64,000 nucleotides of DNA, taken from assembly GCA_020742395.1 (NCBI GenBank), contig DYWZ01000018.1, forward strand, positions 19,552-83,551, in the 5' to 3' direction. A model generated the notes under the pieces. That model was not told where the DNA came from and made no database searches. It worked only from the letters and a program-made list of their open reading frames with translations. The DNA comes from Enterococcus columbae (GTDB taxonomy: Bacteria; Bacillota; Bacilli; Lactobacillales; Enterococcaceae). The position numbers and the translations under genes are program-made. Of this stretch, positions 51,140 to 62,467 are shown piece by piece. Positions within the stretch are counted from its first letter, which is position 1, and each line of letters begins with the position of its first letter.

Positions 51140-52154
51140 AATAATATTTGACCAACAATTAGAGCAAGCAGTTGAAGCTTTAAAACAAGGAGAAGTGGTG
51201 TCTTTTCCGACTGAAACTGTTTATGGCTTAGGGGCAAATGCATTAGATGAAAGTGCAGTCAAGAAAGTATTTGCAGTTAAAGGACGACCAAGTGATAATC
51301 CACTAATCGTCCATGTTTATGATTTTGATCAGGTGAAGCCTTTTATTCAAACCAAACATCCACTAGCTGAAAAAATTGTTGAGCAATTTTGGCCAGGGCC
51401 ACTCACTTTAATTTTTGAAATTAAACCAGAAAGTTTGCCTAAAGTCGTTACAGGCGGCTTATCAACAGCGGCTTTTCGGATGCCTAATCATCCCGTTACT
51501 TTAGAGTTATTACGGCAAGCCCAACTACCTTTAGTCGGTCCAAGTGCCAATACTTCAGGCAAGCCTAGTCCGACAAGTAGTGCGCATGTCTATCATGATT
51601 TAAAAGGGAAAATTAAAGGCATTGTAGAAGGTGGCCAAAGCCAAATAGGTGTGGAATCCACCGTCTTAGATTTAAGTAATCCTAATTTACCACCAATGAT
51701 TTTACGTCCTGGTGCAATTACCAAAGAAATGTTAGAAGCAACTTTAGGGCTAGAAGTGTTAATTGATCAACATCTAGTAAAAGAAAGCGAAACGCCAAAA
51801 GCTCCGGGAATGAAATATAAGCACTATTCACCGGATACTCCGGTAATGATGGTTGCTCCTAAAGATTTACTTCATGCAGTAAGACACTTTGGTAAAGAAA
51901 ATTACCGTCTTGGCGTGATGGCGACCCCAAGTCAAATCGCTTTAATCAAAGATCAAGTGCAAACTTGTTTTGCTTATGAGGATGAAAAAGTTCAATCCGC
52001 AGCTAAGGGCTTGTTTTCAGGCTTACGTCAATTAGATGAACAAAGTCCTAAGTTAGATTTAATTTTAGTAGTCACTTTTGAAAATAAAGGGTTAGGAATG
52101 GCCTATATGAATCGTCTAAAAAAAGCCGCTGTCCAAAAAATATATCAAGCGTAA
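51132..52154 (+). CDS. tsaC: Threonylcarbamoyl-AMP synthase (Sua5/YwlC)
   Basis: FPTETVYGLGA, KGRPSDNPLIVH, PSAN, PGMKY.HY. Confidence 0.95.
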   Translation: METIIFDQQLEQAVEALKQGEVVSFPTETVYGLGANALDESAVKKVFAVKGRPSDNPLIVHVYDFDQVKPFIQTKHPLAEKIVEQFWPGPLTLIFEIKPESLPKVVTGGLSTAAFRMPNHPVTLELLRQAQLPLVGPSANTSGKPSPTSSAHVYHDLKGKIKGIVEGGQSQIGVESTVLDLSNPNLPPMILRPGAITKEMLEATLGLEVLIDQHLVKESETPKAPGMKYKHYSPDTPVMMVAPKDLLHAVRHFGKENYRLGVMATPSQIALIKDQVQTCFAYEDEKVQSAAKGLFSGLRQLDEQSPKLDLILVVTFENKGLGMAYMNRLKKAAVQKIYQA

Positions 52155-52265
52155 ATGGATTGATTTATCATTTTATATCATTTTTCCTGACGTAATTGAA
52201 TGAATAGCTATAAAAAGCGTTCATTCAATTACGTTTTTTGTATGCAGCATAATAGTTGAACAAAA

Positions 52266-52300
52266 GTTTTATATAGTACTAAAATGGTTTTATATAAAAC
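52266..52300. promoter_or_regulatory. Inverted repeat, probable MarR operator
   Basis: GTTTTATATA-N15-TATATAAAAC before the MarR pseudogene. Confidence 0.5.
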
Positions 52301-52322
52301 AATTTTGCGAGGTAGAAGATAA

Positions 52323-52777
52323 TTGAAATCAAAGTATGGGGGTTATTTAAACCATTTGATTAAGCTGTACAATGGTAGATTATTCAATCGCTTATTATCC
52401 GAGCGAAAAGATATCATATACAATGCCGAACAAGGAAAAATTTTATCGTGTTTAAGGGATGTTTAACCTTTATCAGCGGTCGAATTAACTAAAGTAACCG
52501 GTTTGTCCAAAACAACTTTAAGTGCGATGTTGAAACGCCTGGAAGCACAAGGCTTAATCAGTAGTTATCAAGATGTAATTGATTCACGAAAAAACAATAT
52601 ACACTTACTCAATTAGGTGTTAATCAATGCAATCTTGGTGAAGAAGTTAGTCAGATATTGGCGAATATTTTTTATCAAGGATTTAACGACCATGAAATTC
52701 AAAAATTTGAGCATTATCTTGAACGAATAAAAGATAATTTACAAACTGCATTAGAAAATAAGTCGATTCATCAATAA
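52323..52777 (+). pseudogene. MarR-family regulator with TAA at 52464 and frameshift near 52595
   Basis: ...EQGKILSCLRDV*PLSAVELTKVTGLSKTTLSAMLKRLEAQGLI...DSRK / TLTQLG...; absent from the ORF track. Confidence 0.85.
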
Positions 52778-52904
52778 AAAATAGTAAATGAATAAATAAA
52801 ATAAAGCGAGTGAAAGTGTAAATATTTTATTTACATAGGATTAACTCGTATACTGAAAGCTATATCGATAATTAGCAAATTAAAGTAGATAAAGGAGCAT
52901 AATA

Positions 52905-53636
52905 ATGATTGAATTTCAGCAGGTGAATAAATTATATGAATCAAGAATGATCCTTCAAGATATATCGTTAAAAATAAATACAGGTGAATTCATCTGTTTG
53001 GTAGGACCTAGTGGCAGTGGCAAAACAACCTTACTAAAAATGGTCAATCGGTTAATCACACCAGATCAAGGCTTGATTTTACTAGATGGTCAAGATATAA
53101 CAATGCAAGCTATCCGCACGTTGCGTTTACAAATGGGTTATGTGATTCAACAAATTGCTTTATTTCCGCATATGACAGTTTATGAAAATATTATGCTTAT
53201 TCCTGAATTAAAAAAAATCCCTAAAGAAAATTGGCCACAACTAGCTGATGAATGGCTTAAAAAAGTGGGTCTTAGTCCTAAGGAAGTTCTCCATCGCTAC
53301 CCTAAAGAATTATCTGGCGGGCAACAGCAACGAATTGGCATTGTTCGGGCGTTAATCACCCAACCAAAAATCTTATTAATGGATGAGCCTTTTAGTGCAT
53401 TAGATCCTTTGAGCCGTCAACAATTACAAGAGTTGCTTAAACAATTACAAAAAGAACTCAATTTAACGATTTTGTTTGTAACTCATGATATGGATGAAGC
53501 CTTAAAGTTAGCAGATCGAATCGCTGTCTTGCAACAAGGTCGCATTGTGCAATTTGCTAGTCCACAAGTGATTCAAAGTAATCCTCAAACTGAGTTTATT
53601 TCACAATTTTTGAAAGGAAGTGAGGCACATGCCTAA
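52905..53636 (+). CDS. Osmoprotectant ABC transporter ATPase (OpuCA/ProV-like)
   Basis: [31 protein letters not shown]. Confidence 0.88.
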   Translation: MIEFQQVNKLYESRMILQDISLKINTGEFICLVGPSGSGKTTLLKMVNRLITPDQGLILLDGQDITMQAIRTLRLQMGYVIQQIALFPHMTVYENIMLIPELKKIPKENWPQLADEWLKKVGLSPKEVLHRYPKELSGGQQQRIGIVRALITQPKILLMDEPFSALDPLSRQQLQELLKQLQKELNLTILFVTHDMDEALKLADRIAVLQQGRIVQFASPQVIQSNPQTEFISQFLKGSEAHA

Positions 53637-55128
53637 TATTTTTCAGGCAATTTTTCAGCATCTTCAACTTTCGCTGAGTGCTTTGCTTATCGCAAGCATT
53701 TTAGCAATTGGCTTAGCTTTACTTTTACAACCTTTTAAAAAAATCGTGAATGTAATTTTACAAATTACTGGAATTATGCAGACCATTCCTTCTTTAGCTT
53801 TACTTGGTTTATTTATTCCGTTTATGGGAATCGGCTTCACTCCGGCATTAGTTGCCTTAATTATTTACGGTTTATTTCCCATTTTACAAAATACTTTAGT
53901 TGGTTTAGCTAGTGTTGATCCCACCTTAGAAGAAGCGGCACAAGCTTTTGGGATGAATCGATGGGAACGACTAAAAAAACTATCATTACCCCTAGCTTTA
54001 CCAATGATTTTATCAGGCGTACGTACTTCGGCGATTATGATTATTGGAACAGCTACACTTGCGGCTTTAATAGGAGCCGGTGGTTTAGGAACGTATATTT
54101 TATTAGGTATTGATCGACAAGATAATCAACTTATCTTTATTGGGGCAGTGGCTTCGGCTGGTTTAGCAATTTTATTTAGTTTTTTACTTCAGTGGTTACA
54201 ACGTTTAAAACTAAAGCAAATTCTAATCGTTTTTACAAGTATCATTGTAATTACCGGCCTGACTTTTGTCCCTTTTACAAGTAACGCTAAGAAAGAGCCA
54301 ACGATTGTGATTGCGGGAAAATTAGGAGCAGAACCCAATATTTTAATTCATATGTATAAACTCTTAATTGAAGAGCAATCAGATATTCATGTTGAATTAA
54401 AAGAAAATTTAGGGAAAACAAGTTTTTTATATCAAGCGTTGAAAAAAGGCTCGATTGATCTTTATCCGGAATTTACCGGTACAATTACTAGTACTTTATT
54501 AAAACAAGTACCCCTAGCCTCAACGGATCCCAAAGTTGTTTTTAATCAAGCGAAAAAAGGGATTTATCAACAAGATCATTTGATTTATTTAGAACCAATG
54601 GCTTATCAAAATACCTATGCCTTGGCAGTATCTAAAGCTTATGCTGAAAAGTATCATTTACAAAAGATTAGTGACTTGCAAAAAGTCGCCAATCAAGCAG
54701 TGGCAGGTTTTACTTTAGAATTTAATCAGCGCAAAGATGGAAATCTTGGTCTTAAGGAAAAATATCAGTTATCCTTACAAGTCAAAACGATGGAACCAGC
54801 TTTACGTTATCAAGCCTTAAATCAAGGAAGTATCCAGATTGCCGATGTTTATTCAACTGACAGTGGTATTAAACGCTATGATTTAGTGGTATTAAAAGAT
54901 GATCGTCAGCTATTTCCACCTTATCAAGGAGCACCGTTAATTCGCGAGGCTACCTTAAAGCAATATCCTGAATTAAAGTCCATATTAAATCAATTAGCCG
55001 GTAAAATTACCGAAGAGCAAATGCAGCAGATGAATTATCAGGTAGATGTATTGAAAAAATCACCAGAGACTGTTGCCAAAGCCTTTTTGGTTCAGCAAAA
55101 ATTATTAACAGATAAAAGCAAGGAATAA
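53629..55128 (+). CDS. Osmoprotectant ABC permease fused to substrate-binding domain
   Basis: [30 protein letters not shown]. Confidence 0.88.
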   Translation: MPNIFQAIFQHLQLSLSALLIASILAIGLALLLQPFKKIVNVILQITGIMQTIPSLALLGLFIPFMGIGFTPALVALIIYGLFPILQNTLVGLASVDPTLEEAAQAFGMNRWERLKKLSLPLALPMILSGVRTSAIMIIGTATLAALIGAGGLGTYILLGIDRQDNQLIFIGAVASAGLAILFSFLLQWLQRLKLKQILIVFTSIIVITGLTFVPFTSNAKKEPTIVIAGKLGAEPNILIHMYKLLIEEQSDIHVELKENLGKTSFLYQALKKGSIDLYPEFTGTITSTLLKQVPLASTDPKVVFNQAKKGIYQQDHLIYLEPMAYQNTYALAVSKAYAEKYHLQKISDLQKVANQAVAGFTLEFNQRKDGNLGLKEKYQLSLQVKTMEPALRYQALNQGSIQIADVYSTDSGIKRYDLVVLKDDRQLFPPYQGAPLIREATLKQYPELKSILNQLAGKITEEQMQQMNYQVDVLKKSPETVAKAFLVQQKLLTDKSKE

Positions 55129-55273
55129 ACAGGTTGAATCTCTTAAATACAAGAACAATTATTTCAATTATCAGCTTAAAATAGATTTTTTCCATACAAT
55201 AAACTAAATCTAATGATTTTCATTCGGAAATATGCTAAAATACAGACATCTGAAAAATAAGGGGTGTTCATTC

Positions 55274-56515
55274 TTGGATTTTAAAGCATTTGATAAAGAA
55301 TTATGGGAAGCAATTGATCAAGAAGCAACGAGACAACAAAACAATTTAGAGTTAATCGCTTCTGAAAACATCGTCTCAAAAGCGGTAATGGCTGCCCAAG
55401 GAAGTATTTTGACCAATAAATATGCTGAAGGTTACCCTGCAAAACGTTATTATGGTGGCTGTGAGTTCGTGGATGTCGTAGAGAGTTTAGCGATTGAACG
55501 AGCAAAAGAATTATTTGGCGCTAAATTTGTCAATGTTCAACCGCATTCTGGTTCACAAGCCAATACGGCAGCTTATCTAGCTTTAATCGAACCAGGAGAT
55601 ACTGTTTTAGGGATGGACTTATCGGCAGGGGGCCATTTAACTCATGGTTCTCCAGTTAACTTTAGTGGGAAAACTTACAATTTTGTAGCTTATGGTGTTA
55701 ATCCAACAACAGAAGTGATCGATTATGAAGTGATTCGTATTTTAGCGCGTAAACATCAACCTAAATTAATCGTAGCAGGAGCTTCGGCTTATTCAAGAAC
55801 CATTGACTTTGGTAAATTTAGAGAAATCGCCGATGAAGTAGGTGCTAAGTTAATGGTAGATATGGCACATATTGCAGGCTTAGTAGCAGCTGGGTTACAC
55901 CCAAATCCAGTGCCATTTGCTGACATTACAACCACGACTACGCACAAAACTTTACGTGGCCCACGTGGCGGTATGATTTTGACAAATGACGAAGAATTAG
56001 CGAAAAAGATTAATTCGGCTATTTTCCCAGGCATCCAAGGTGGCCCATTAGAACATGTAATTGCTGGTAAAGCAGTTGCTTTCAAGGAAGCTTTAGATCC
56101 AAGCTTTAAAACTTATGCTATGCAAGTTTTAAATAATGCTAAAGCTATGGTAGAAATCTTTAATCGCGAGCCTAAAGCACGTTTAGTTTCAGGTGATACA
56201 GATAATCATTTATTATTAGTGGACGTAACAGGCTTTGAATTAAATGGTAAAGAAGCTGAAAAATTATTAGATAGTGTCAATATTACAGTAAACAAAAATT
56301 CAATTCCCTTTGAAACGCTAAGTCCATTTAAAACAAGTGGTATCCGTATTGGTACACCGGCAATTACTAGCCGTGGCTTTAAAGAAGAAGACGCAGCTAA
56401 AGTGGCAGAATTAATTATTCAAGTATTATCTAACAAAGAGGATGCGACTGTCTTAGAAGCTGTTCGTCAAGAAGTGAAAAAACTAACTGAAAAATATCCG
56501 TTATATGCTGAATAA
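55274..56515 (+). CDS. glyA: Serine hydroxymethyltransferase
   Basis: [28 protein letters not shown]. Confidence 0.97.
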   Translation: MDFKAFDKELWEAIDQEATRQQNNLELIASENIVSKAVMAAQGSILTNKYAEGYPAKRYYGGCEFVDVVESLAIERAKELFGAKFVNVQPHSGSQANTAAYLALIEPGDTVLGMDLSAGGHLTHGSPVNFSGKTYNFVAYGVNPTTEVIDYEVIRILARKHQPKLIVAGASAYSRTIDFGKFREIADEVGAKLMVDMAHIAGLVAAGLHPNPVPFADITTTTTHKTLRGPRGGMILTNDEELAKKINSAIFPGIQGGPLEHVIAGKAVAFKEALDPSFKTYAMQVLNNAKAMVEIFNREPKARLVSGDTDNHLLLVDVTGFELNGKEAEKLLDSVNITVNKNSIPFETLSPFKTSGIRIGTPAITSRGFKEEDAAKVAELIIQVLSNKEDATVLEAVRQEVKKLTEKYPLYAE

Positions 56516-56698
56516 TATCAAAAGGTAGGTTAATTCCTACCTTTTTACATGAGCTGATACCTTGTTTAAAAGATAGAAAATGATCTTAATACAACGAAAT
56601 TATGCGAAGTAAAATTCTTTTACTAAACTTAGTTGCAACGAAGATTACTTTGCATTACAATAAAATAGAAAAAATTTTGACCAGATGAGGTGGAGAAA

Positions 56699-57328
56699 AT
56701 GGGTAAGTTTAAAGTAATTGATCATCCGTTAATTCAACACAAATTAACAATGATCCGTGATAAAAACTGTGGAACAAAGGTTTTCCGCGAAGTCGTTAAC
56801 GAAATTGCGATGTTGATGGCTTATGAAGTATCTCGTGATATGCCATTAGAAGAAACGGTAATTGAAACTCCGATTTGCAAAACTACGCAAAAAACATTAT
56901 CTGGTAAGAAAGTAGCGATTGTACCAATTCTACGTGCCGGTATTGGAATGGTAGATGGTATTTTAGAATTAATTCCAGCCGCTAAAGTTGGTCATGTTGG
57001 TTTATATCGTGATGAAGAAACTTTAGAACCACATGAATATTTCATGAAGCTACCAGAAGATATCAATAGTCGCCAATTATTTGTTGTTGATCCAATGTTA
57101 GCAACTGGTGGTTCAGCAATTATGGCGATTGATTCATTGAAAAAACGTGGTGCGTCAAACATTCGTTTTGTCTGTTTAGTTGCCGCTCCTGAAGGGGTAA
57201 AAGCATTACAAGAAGCACATCCTGATATTGATATCTACACTGCTTCATTAGATGAAAAATTAAATGAAAATGGTTATATCGTACCTGGTTTAGGAGATGC
57301 GGGTGACCGTTTATTTGGAACAAAATAA
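56699..57328 (+). CDS. upp: Uracil phosphoribosyltransferase
   Basis: [24 protein letters not shown]. Confidence 0.97.
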   Translation: MGKFKVIDHPLIQHKLTMIRDKNCGTKVFREVVNEIAMLMAYEVSRDMPLEETVIETPICKTTQKTLSGKKVAIVPILRAGIGMVDGILELIPAAKVGHVGLYRDEETLEPHEYFMKLPEDINSRQLFVVDPMLATGGSAIMAIDSLKKRGASNIRFVCLVAAPEGVKALQEAHPDIDIYTASLDEKLNENGYIVPGLGDAGDRLFGTK

Positions 57329-57490
57329 GCATTAAAAAAACTTCAAGGGATCTTTGGATTCCTTGAAGTTTTGTTTTCATGTTTTTGTTAAATAAGTTGA
57401 TAGACTAGATTTATCAATACTTAAATAACATTATGTAAGCAAACACCTTTACAAATGTTCAAATTTTCTATATAATGACTATTGTCTTAA

Positions 57491-57563
57491 GCCAGCTTAG
57501 CTCAGTTGGTAGAGCAACGCACTCGTAACGCGTAGGTCACAGGTTCGAACCCTGCAGCTGGCA
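57491..57563 (+). tRNA. tRNA-Thr (anticodon CGT), CCA not encoded
   Basis: GCCAGCT/AGCTGGC acceptor stem, CTCGTAA anticodon loop, GGTTCGAACCC T-arm. Confidence 0.95.
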
Positions 57564-57667
57564 TCATGTAAAAAGACATTTTCATTCTAATCCGCTAATC
57601 GGATGCAGAGTGGAAATGTCTTTTTTGATTGTTTAGATATATCATCAGAAGATAAAGCGTCCATTTT

Positions 57668-58147
57668 TTAGCATTGTTTTTCGTAGATAAAATCATCCAT
57701 TACAAAACCTTGTCCAATATCGACATAGCGTTCACCAATTTTTTCAAAGCCACGGTGTTCATAGACTGCAATGGCGCGCTCATTTCCTTGATTGACATTT
57801 AAATGGAGCTTGCGACCTTTAGCAAGATTTTCATACCAATTAAAGACTTGACTAGAAAGGCCTTTGCCACGGGTACTTTGATGCAGATATAATTTACTTA
57901 GATATAAATATTCTGGTTTATTTTCATAGGCAGTATAACCAACAGGCTTATTTTTATGATAAATGAGTAAATACTGGGCACCTTTTTTTAACTCTTCTTG
58001 AATGTTTTCTTTTGATTGATAGTTTGCTAGCATATAGTCTACTTGGTCACTACCAATAATTGGGGTAAAGACTTCTGTCCAAATTTCTCGCACTAAGGGC
58101 ATTAAAAGATCTAATTCTTCAGTTGTAACAGGTTTTAATTCAACCAT
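57668..58147 (-). CDS. GNAT acetyltransferase
   Basis: LSKLYL..RGKG, VN..N..AI..Y..GF. Confidence 0.85.
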   Translation of the reverse strand: MVELKPVTTEELDLLMPLVREIWTEVFTPIIGSDQVDYMLANYQSKENIQEELKKGAQYLLIYHKNKPVGYTAYENKPEYLYLSKLYLHQSTRGKGLSSQVFNWYENLAKGRKLHLNVNQGNERAIAVYEHRGFEKIGERYVDIGQGFVMDDFIYEKQC

Positions 58148-58283
58148 TATTTCACTTCCTTAAATATAGCTTTAGTTATTGCTAGTATACCACTGTTAAA
58201 GATAATTGCCAAAATGACTATAAGCACCTACTTGCTTGAGTAGCAATGCTTTTTTTACCTGAATGGATATGCTAGAATAAAGG

Positions 58284-58297
58284 GGAACGTATGTCCT
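58284..58297. promoter_or_regulatory. LexA box upstream of ruvA
   Basis: GGAACGTATGTCCT just after -10 TAGAAT (58273). Confidence 0.55.
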
Positions 58298-58329
58298 AGT
58301 ATCATAAAAAGATTCGGAAAGGAAAAAGA

Positions 58330-58938
58330 ATGTACGAATATTTAATTGGTAAAATTACGGCTATTTATCCAGCCTATGTTGTATTAGAAGTAAATGGGAT
58401 TGGCTATCAAATTGTTACCATGAATCCTTATCGTTATCATGTAGATGAGCAGTCGGTAAAAATTTATGTGCACCAAGTCATTAGAGAAGATAGTCATCAA
58501 TTATTTGGCTTTCAACACCTAACTGAAAAGAATTTATTTTTACAGTTAATCCGAGTTTCAGGGATTGGGCCTAAGTCAGCTTTGGCAATTATGGCAGGCG
58601 AAGACCATAAAGGATTAATCCAAGCAGTAGAAGCTAGCGATGTAACTTATCTAACTAAATTTCCAGGTGTGGGTAAAAAGACAGCACAACAGATGATTTT
58701 AGATTTAAAAGGCAAGTTAGATGCACTCAATCCTGAGATTACTTTATTTACTACTGAAGTAATCTCAGGAAGTATTGCCACCGAAAATCAAGCACTTACT
58801 GATGCATTAGCCGCTTTACAAGCTTTAGGCTATGCGACTAAAGAAGTGCAAAAAGTCGAAAAAGCCTTGCGTAAAGTCGAGCCTACAACAACTGATGACT
58901 ATTTACGTCAAGCATTAAAATTATTGATGAAAAAGTAA
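58330..58938 (+). CDS. ruvA: Holliday junction helicase subunit A
   Basis: VSGIGPK, PGVGKKTA. Confidence 0.96.
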   Translation: MYEYLIGKITAIYPAYVVLEVNGIGYQIVTMNPYRYHVDEQSVKIYVHQVIREDSHQLFGFQHLTEKNLFLQLIRVSGIGPKSALAIMAGEDHKGLIQAVEASDVTYLTKFPGVGKKTAQQMILDLKGKLDALNPEITLFTTEVISGSIATENQALTDALAALQALGYATKEVQKVEKALRKVEPTTTDDYLRQALKLLMKK

Positions 58939-58947
58939 GGAGTAGCA

Positions 58948-59955
58948 ATGGAAGAGCGAATGATTTCACCTGAGCAACAAGCTGAAGAACATTTTTTAGA
59001 AAAATCTTTACGTCCTCAATATTTGTCTCAATATATTGGTCAGGAAAAAGTGAAGTCGCAATTAAGCATTTATATTCAAGCGGCTAAACAGCGACAAGAA
59101 GCTTTAGATCATTGTTTATTATATGGCCCACCTGGTTTAGGAAAGACGACCATGGCGATGGTTATTGCCAATGAAATGCAAGTCAATATCAAAACGACTA
59201 GTGGTCCTACAATTGAAAAACCGGGAGATTTAGTGGCGGTGTTAAATGAGTTAGAGCCTGGCGATGTATTATTTATCGATGAAATTCATCGCTTGCCGCG
59301 AGTAGCTGAGGAATTGCTTTATTCAGCGATGGAGGATTTTTACATTGATATTATGGTCGGTCAAGGCACAACAGCCCATCCTGTCCATTTTCCTTTACCA
59401 CCGTTTACGCTAATCGGAGCTACCACGCGTGCGGGCATGTTATCTGCTCCTTTACGTGATCGCTTTGGGATTATCTCGCATATGGAATATTACCAAACCG
59501 AAGAGTTAAAAGAAATTATCTTGCGTTCAGCAGATATTTTTCAAGCAGCTATCACTAAAGAAGGGGCGCTAGAAATTGCTAGACGTTCTAGAGGTACTCC
59601 TCGAATTGCCAATCGTTTATTAAAACGCGTTCGTGATTTTGCCCAAGTGCAAGCGCAAGGTCAAATTGATCGTCCAATAGCTGATCAAGCCTTGACCCTT
59701 TTACAAGTCGATCAAGCGGGCCTTGATTATATCGACCAAAAATTATTGCGTACGTTAATAGAGGTTTATCATGGGGGACCTGTCGGCTTAAATACATTAG
59801 CGGTAAATATTGGTGAAGAACCTGATACCGTAGAAGATATGTATGAGCCATTTTTAATTCAATGTGGCTTTATGAAACGTACCGCTAGAGGGCGAATGGC
59901 TACACATTTAGCGTATGAGCATTTTAATTATCCTAAAATCAAGAAAGAATTATAA
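58948..59955 (+). CDS. ruvB: Holliday junction helicase subunit B
   Basis: [24 protein letters not shown]. Confidence 0.97.
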   Translation: MEERMISPEQQAEEHFLEKSLRPQYLSQYIGQEKVKSQLSIYIQAAKQRQEALDHCLLYGPPGLGKTTMAMVIANEMQVNIKTTSGPTIEKPGDLVAVLNELEPGDVLFIDEIHRLPRVAEELLYSAMEDFYIDIMVGQGTTAHPVHFPLPPFTLIGATTRAGMLSAPLRDRFGIISHMEYYQTEELKEIILRSADIFQAAITKEGALEIARRSRGTPRIANRLLKRVRDFAQVQAQGQIDRPIADQALTLLQVDQAGLDYIDQKLLRTLIEVYHGGPVGLNTLAVNIGEEPDTVEDMYEPFLIQCGFMKRTARGRMATHLAYEHFNYPKIKKEL

Positions 59956-59970
59956 GTTGAGGTGAGAAGT

Positions 59971-60537
59971 GTGAGTGGACAGGAAAGTACTAAAATTAAA
60001 TTAGCGCAAGCATTGAAACAAGCCTGTCAAATACAACCTTTTGCCCAAATTAAAATTCAAACATTGACCGAAATGGCTGGGATTAATCGACAGACTTTTT
60101 ATTATCATTTCAAAAATAGTGAAGAACTATTTAATTGGATTTATTTAAACGAAGCACTCGTACACTTGCGAATTGACTCGCTGTCTTTGGATAATTGGGA
60201 AGAACAAGCTTTAAAAATGTTGAAAGTCATTCAAGATGATGGACTGTTTTATCAAAACGTATTGTGCACAGATCATCAATTATTTTCTAAAGGCTTTATT
60301 CAAACGGTTCAGCCCGCTTTTATCCGTCTTTTTCAACAAATGGATCGTAATCAAGAATTATCGCCAGAGGATATGCAGTTTTATAGTCTATTCTTTTCGT
60401 ACGGTTGTACCGGTATGTTAGAAACTTGGATTAGAGAGAGTTTCCCACAAAGCGCTTTTGAGATGGCGGTACAGTTATATCGCTTAGCTACGGATATTGA
60501 ATTCTTTTCTTATAATCGTTATCGTGAAAAAGAATAA
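59971..60537 (+). CDS. TetR-family regulator (DhaS-like)
   Basis: AGINRQTFYYHF HTH. Confidence 0.85.
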   Translation: MSGQESTKIKLAQALKQACQIQPFAQIKIQTLTEMAGINRQTFYYHFKNSEELFNWIYLNEALVHLRIDSLSLDNWEEQALKMLKVIQDDGLFYQNVLCTDHQLFSKGFIQTVQPAFIRLFQQMDRNQELSPEDMQFYSLFFSYGCTGMLETWIRESFPQSAFEMAVQLYRLATDIEFFSYNRYREKE

Positions 60538-60548
60538 GGAGTGAAAAA

Positions 60549-61007
60549 ATGGTAAAAGTATTATTTGTTTGTTTAGGTAATATTTGTCGTTCGCCAATGG
60601 CAGAAGGTTTAATGCGCCAATATTTAGTACAAGAAAATATTCAGGAAGTGGCAGTTTCTTCAGCAGCTACTAGCACATGGGAGCATGGCAATCCTGTGCA
60701 TCCAGGTACTAAAGCTATTTTACAAAGAGAAGGCATCGATACAAATCAGATGTTTTCCACACCAGTCAAGGCAAGTGATTTTGCCGAATATGATTTTATT
60801 ATTGGAATGGATCGCCAAAATGTAAAAGATTTAAAAGCGCGTGCACCACACGAATATCAAGATAAGATTTTTCTTTACTTAGATGCTGTTGAAGGACATC
60901 ATAATCAAGATGTACCAGATCCATGGTATACAGGTGATTTTGAAGAAACCTATCGTTTATTAGAACTAGGATTAGATCCTTGGAAAATCAGATTTTTGAA
61001 TAAGTAA
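60549..61007 (+). CDS. Low-molecular-weight protein tyrosine phosphatase
   Basis: CLGNICRS, DPWY. Confidence 0.93.
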   Translation: MVKVLFVCLGNICRSPMAEGLMRQYLVQENIQEVAVSSAATSTWEHGNPVHPGTKAILQREGIDTNQMFSTPVKASDFAEYDFIIGMDRQNVKDLKARAPHEYQDKIFLYLDAVEGHHNQDVPDPWYTGDFEETYRLLELGLDPWKIRFLNK

Positions 61008-61165
61008 AAAATAAGCAAATGTAATTTTTGATACTGAGAATGTTGAAAGAATTGCATTTGCTTTATTTGTTATTTATTTATAAGTTGTATAAGCTTTATT
61101 TTCGTGAATTTATCCTGTTTTGTTGTTATAATAAAAGTGAAATGATTTAGATGTGAGGGATAGAA

Positions 61166-62006
61166 ATAAAAAAATTCGGAAAGTTATTGTTGTTTATTAT
61201 ATGTGGATTTATGGCTTTTTTTGTTTTTTTTTTTTGCCAGTAGCAGCGGATACAAGTAATGCACAGCCAATGTATCGTTTATATAATCCGAATTCTGGTG
61301 ATCATCATTATACGACAAGTGCAGCTGAAAAGAATGCTTTAGTTAAAATCGGTTGGCGTTATGAAGGCGTTGGTTGGCGTTCGGACGAAAAAAAGTCGTA
61401 CCCCTTTATCGTTTATATAATCCAAATGTTAAAGTCGGTACACATCATTATACAACTAGCTTAGCTGAAAAGAATCATCTAGTTAAACTAGGTTGGCGTG
61501 ATGAAGGTGTTGCTTGGCATGGAGTGAGCGTGTCTCGTCAAGAGCAATATCAATTAATCCCGGCCAATGCTTCAACAATGTTAGTGAATAGTTCTATTAA
61601 TAACCAAAAAGCTTTTGCTCAAGTCTTTGGCGAAATTCTAAATCGCTATCGGGCATCGTTAAATTTACAACCTTTAACTATTGATGTCTATTTATTTGAT
61701 GCAACCCAAGTCCGCTCTTATGATTTACATCGCTTTTTTGAACATGTGCGACCAGATGGTACCCAATTTTGGACTGCTTTGGGCGATGATCGTATCTATT
61801 TTAATGTAGTCGGTGAAAATATCGAATATGCTTGGGGGTCTTATTATAATCGAAGTATCCAACAGACAGCTCAAGATATGTTTGAAGGCTGGAAAAATAG
61901 CCCTAGCCATCATCAAAATATGATTAATGATTGGCATTATTTTGGCATTGGTTTAGTGGTAGATACCAAAAATAAGACGGTAGCTTCTTCTTTATTATTA
62001 GCTTGA
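61166..62006 (+). pseudogene. Secreted protein with RLYN (DUF5648-like) repeats and C-terminal CAP/SCP domain, broken at T12 and A7 tracts
   Basis: MYRLYNPNSGDHHYT and LYRLYNPNVKVGTHHYT lie in different frames around A7 (61388-61394); GENI, WKNSPSHHQNM CAP motifs. Confidence 0.75.
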
Positions 62007-62020
62007 TTAATTAAAAAAAC

Positions 62021-62060
62021 ATCAAAGACCTTAGATCGATATCAATCCAAGGTCTTTGAT
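62021..62060. terminator. Hairpin after the CAP gene
   Basis: ATCAAAGACCT / AGGTCTTTGAT. Confidence 0.7.
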
Positions 62061-62076
62061 TTAGAAAGGAGTAAAA

Positions 62077-62193
62077 ATGAAAAAGTGTTTATATAGGGTT
62101 GTTTATTGGGATACTTATACTATAAAGAATAAATGTGAAGATTTTTTGAACGAAACATTGTCTTTTTGCAAAAAAATAGTAAAGACTAATTAA
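62077..62193 (+). CDS. Small ORF A, MKKCLYRVVYWDTYTIKNKCEDFLNETLSFCKKIVKTN
   Basis: AAAGGAG RBS; 5' part duplicated at 62319. Confidence 0.4.
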   Translation: MKKCLYRVVYWDTYTIKNKCEDFLNETLSFCKKIVKTN

Positions 62194-62318
62194 AGGGTAC
62201 ATATTTGGTTAAAACAAAAAAACAAACGCATAAGTGGCTAACGAAAAATGGGGGGTAGCTTTTACTTATGCGCTTGTCTTTAGTTTGTAAGTAATAAACT
62301 TATAAAAGGAGTTAAAAA

Positions 62319-62402
62319 ATGAAAAAGTGTTTATATAGGGTTGTTTATTGGGATACTTATACTATAAAGAATAAATATGAAGATTTTGTGAGCAAGATCT
62401 AA
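62319..62402 (+). CDS. Small ORF B, MKKCLYRVVYWDTYTIKNKYEDFVSKI
   Basis: AAAGGAG RBS; 62 bp identical to ORF A region. Confidence 0.4.
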   Translation: MKKCLYRVVYWDTYTIKNKYEDFVSKI

Positions 62403-62418
62403 GGATTTTTATAAGTAT

Positions 62419-62459
62419 AAAAAAATCTCAAGCAATCTTTGGATTACTTGAGATTTTTG
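62419..62459. terminator. Bidirectional terminator below brnQ
   Basis: AAAAAATCTCAAG / CTTGAGATTTTTT. Confidence 0.8.
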
Positions 62460-62467
62460 AGTGACCC

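Noticed and set aside
55219-55231. Possible PurR box upstream of glyA
   Set aside because: Only a single partial match in AT-rich DNA
62065-62402. Direct repeats considered as a CRISPR mini-array
   Set aside because: Only two copies, 62+ bp long with a ~180-bp gap, and no cas genes
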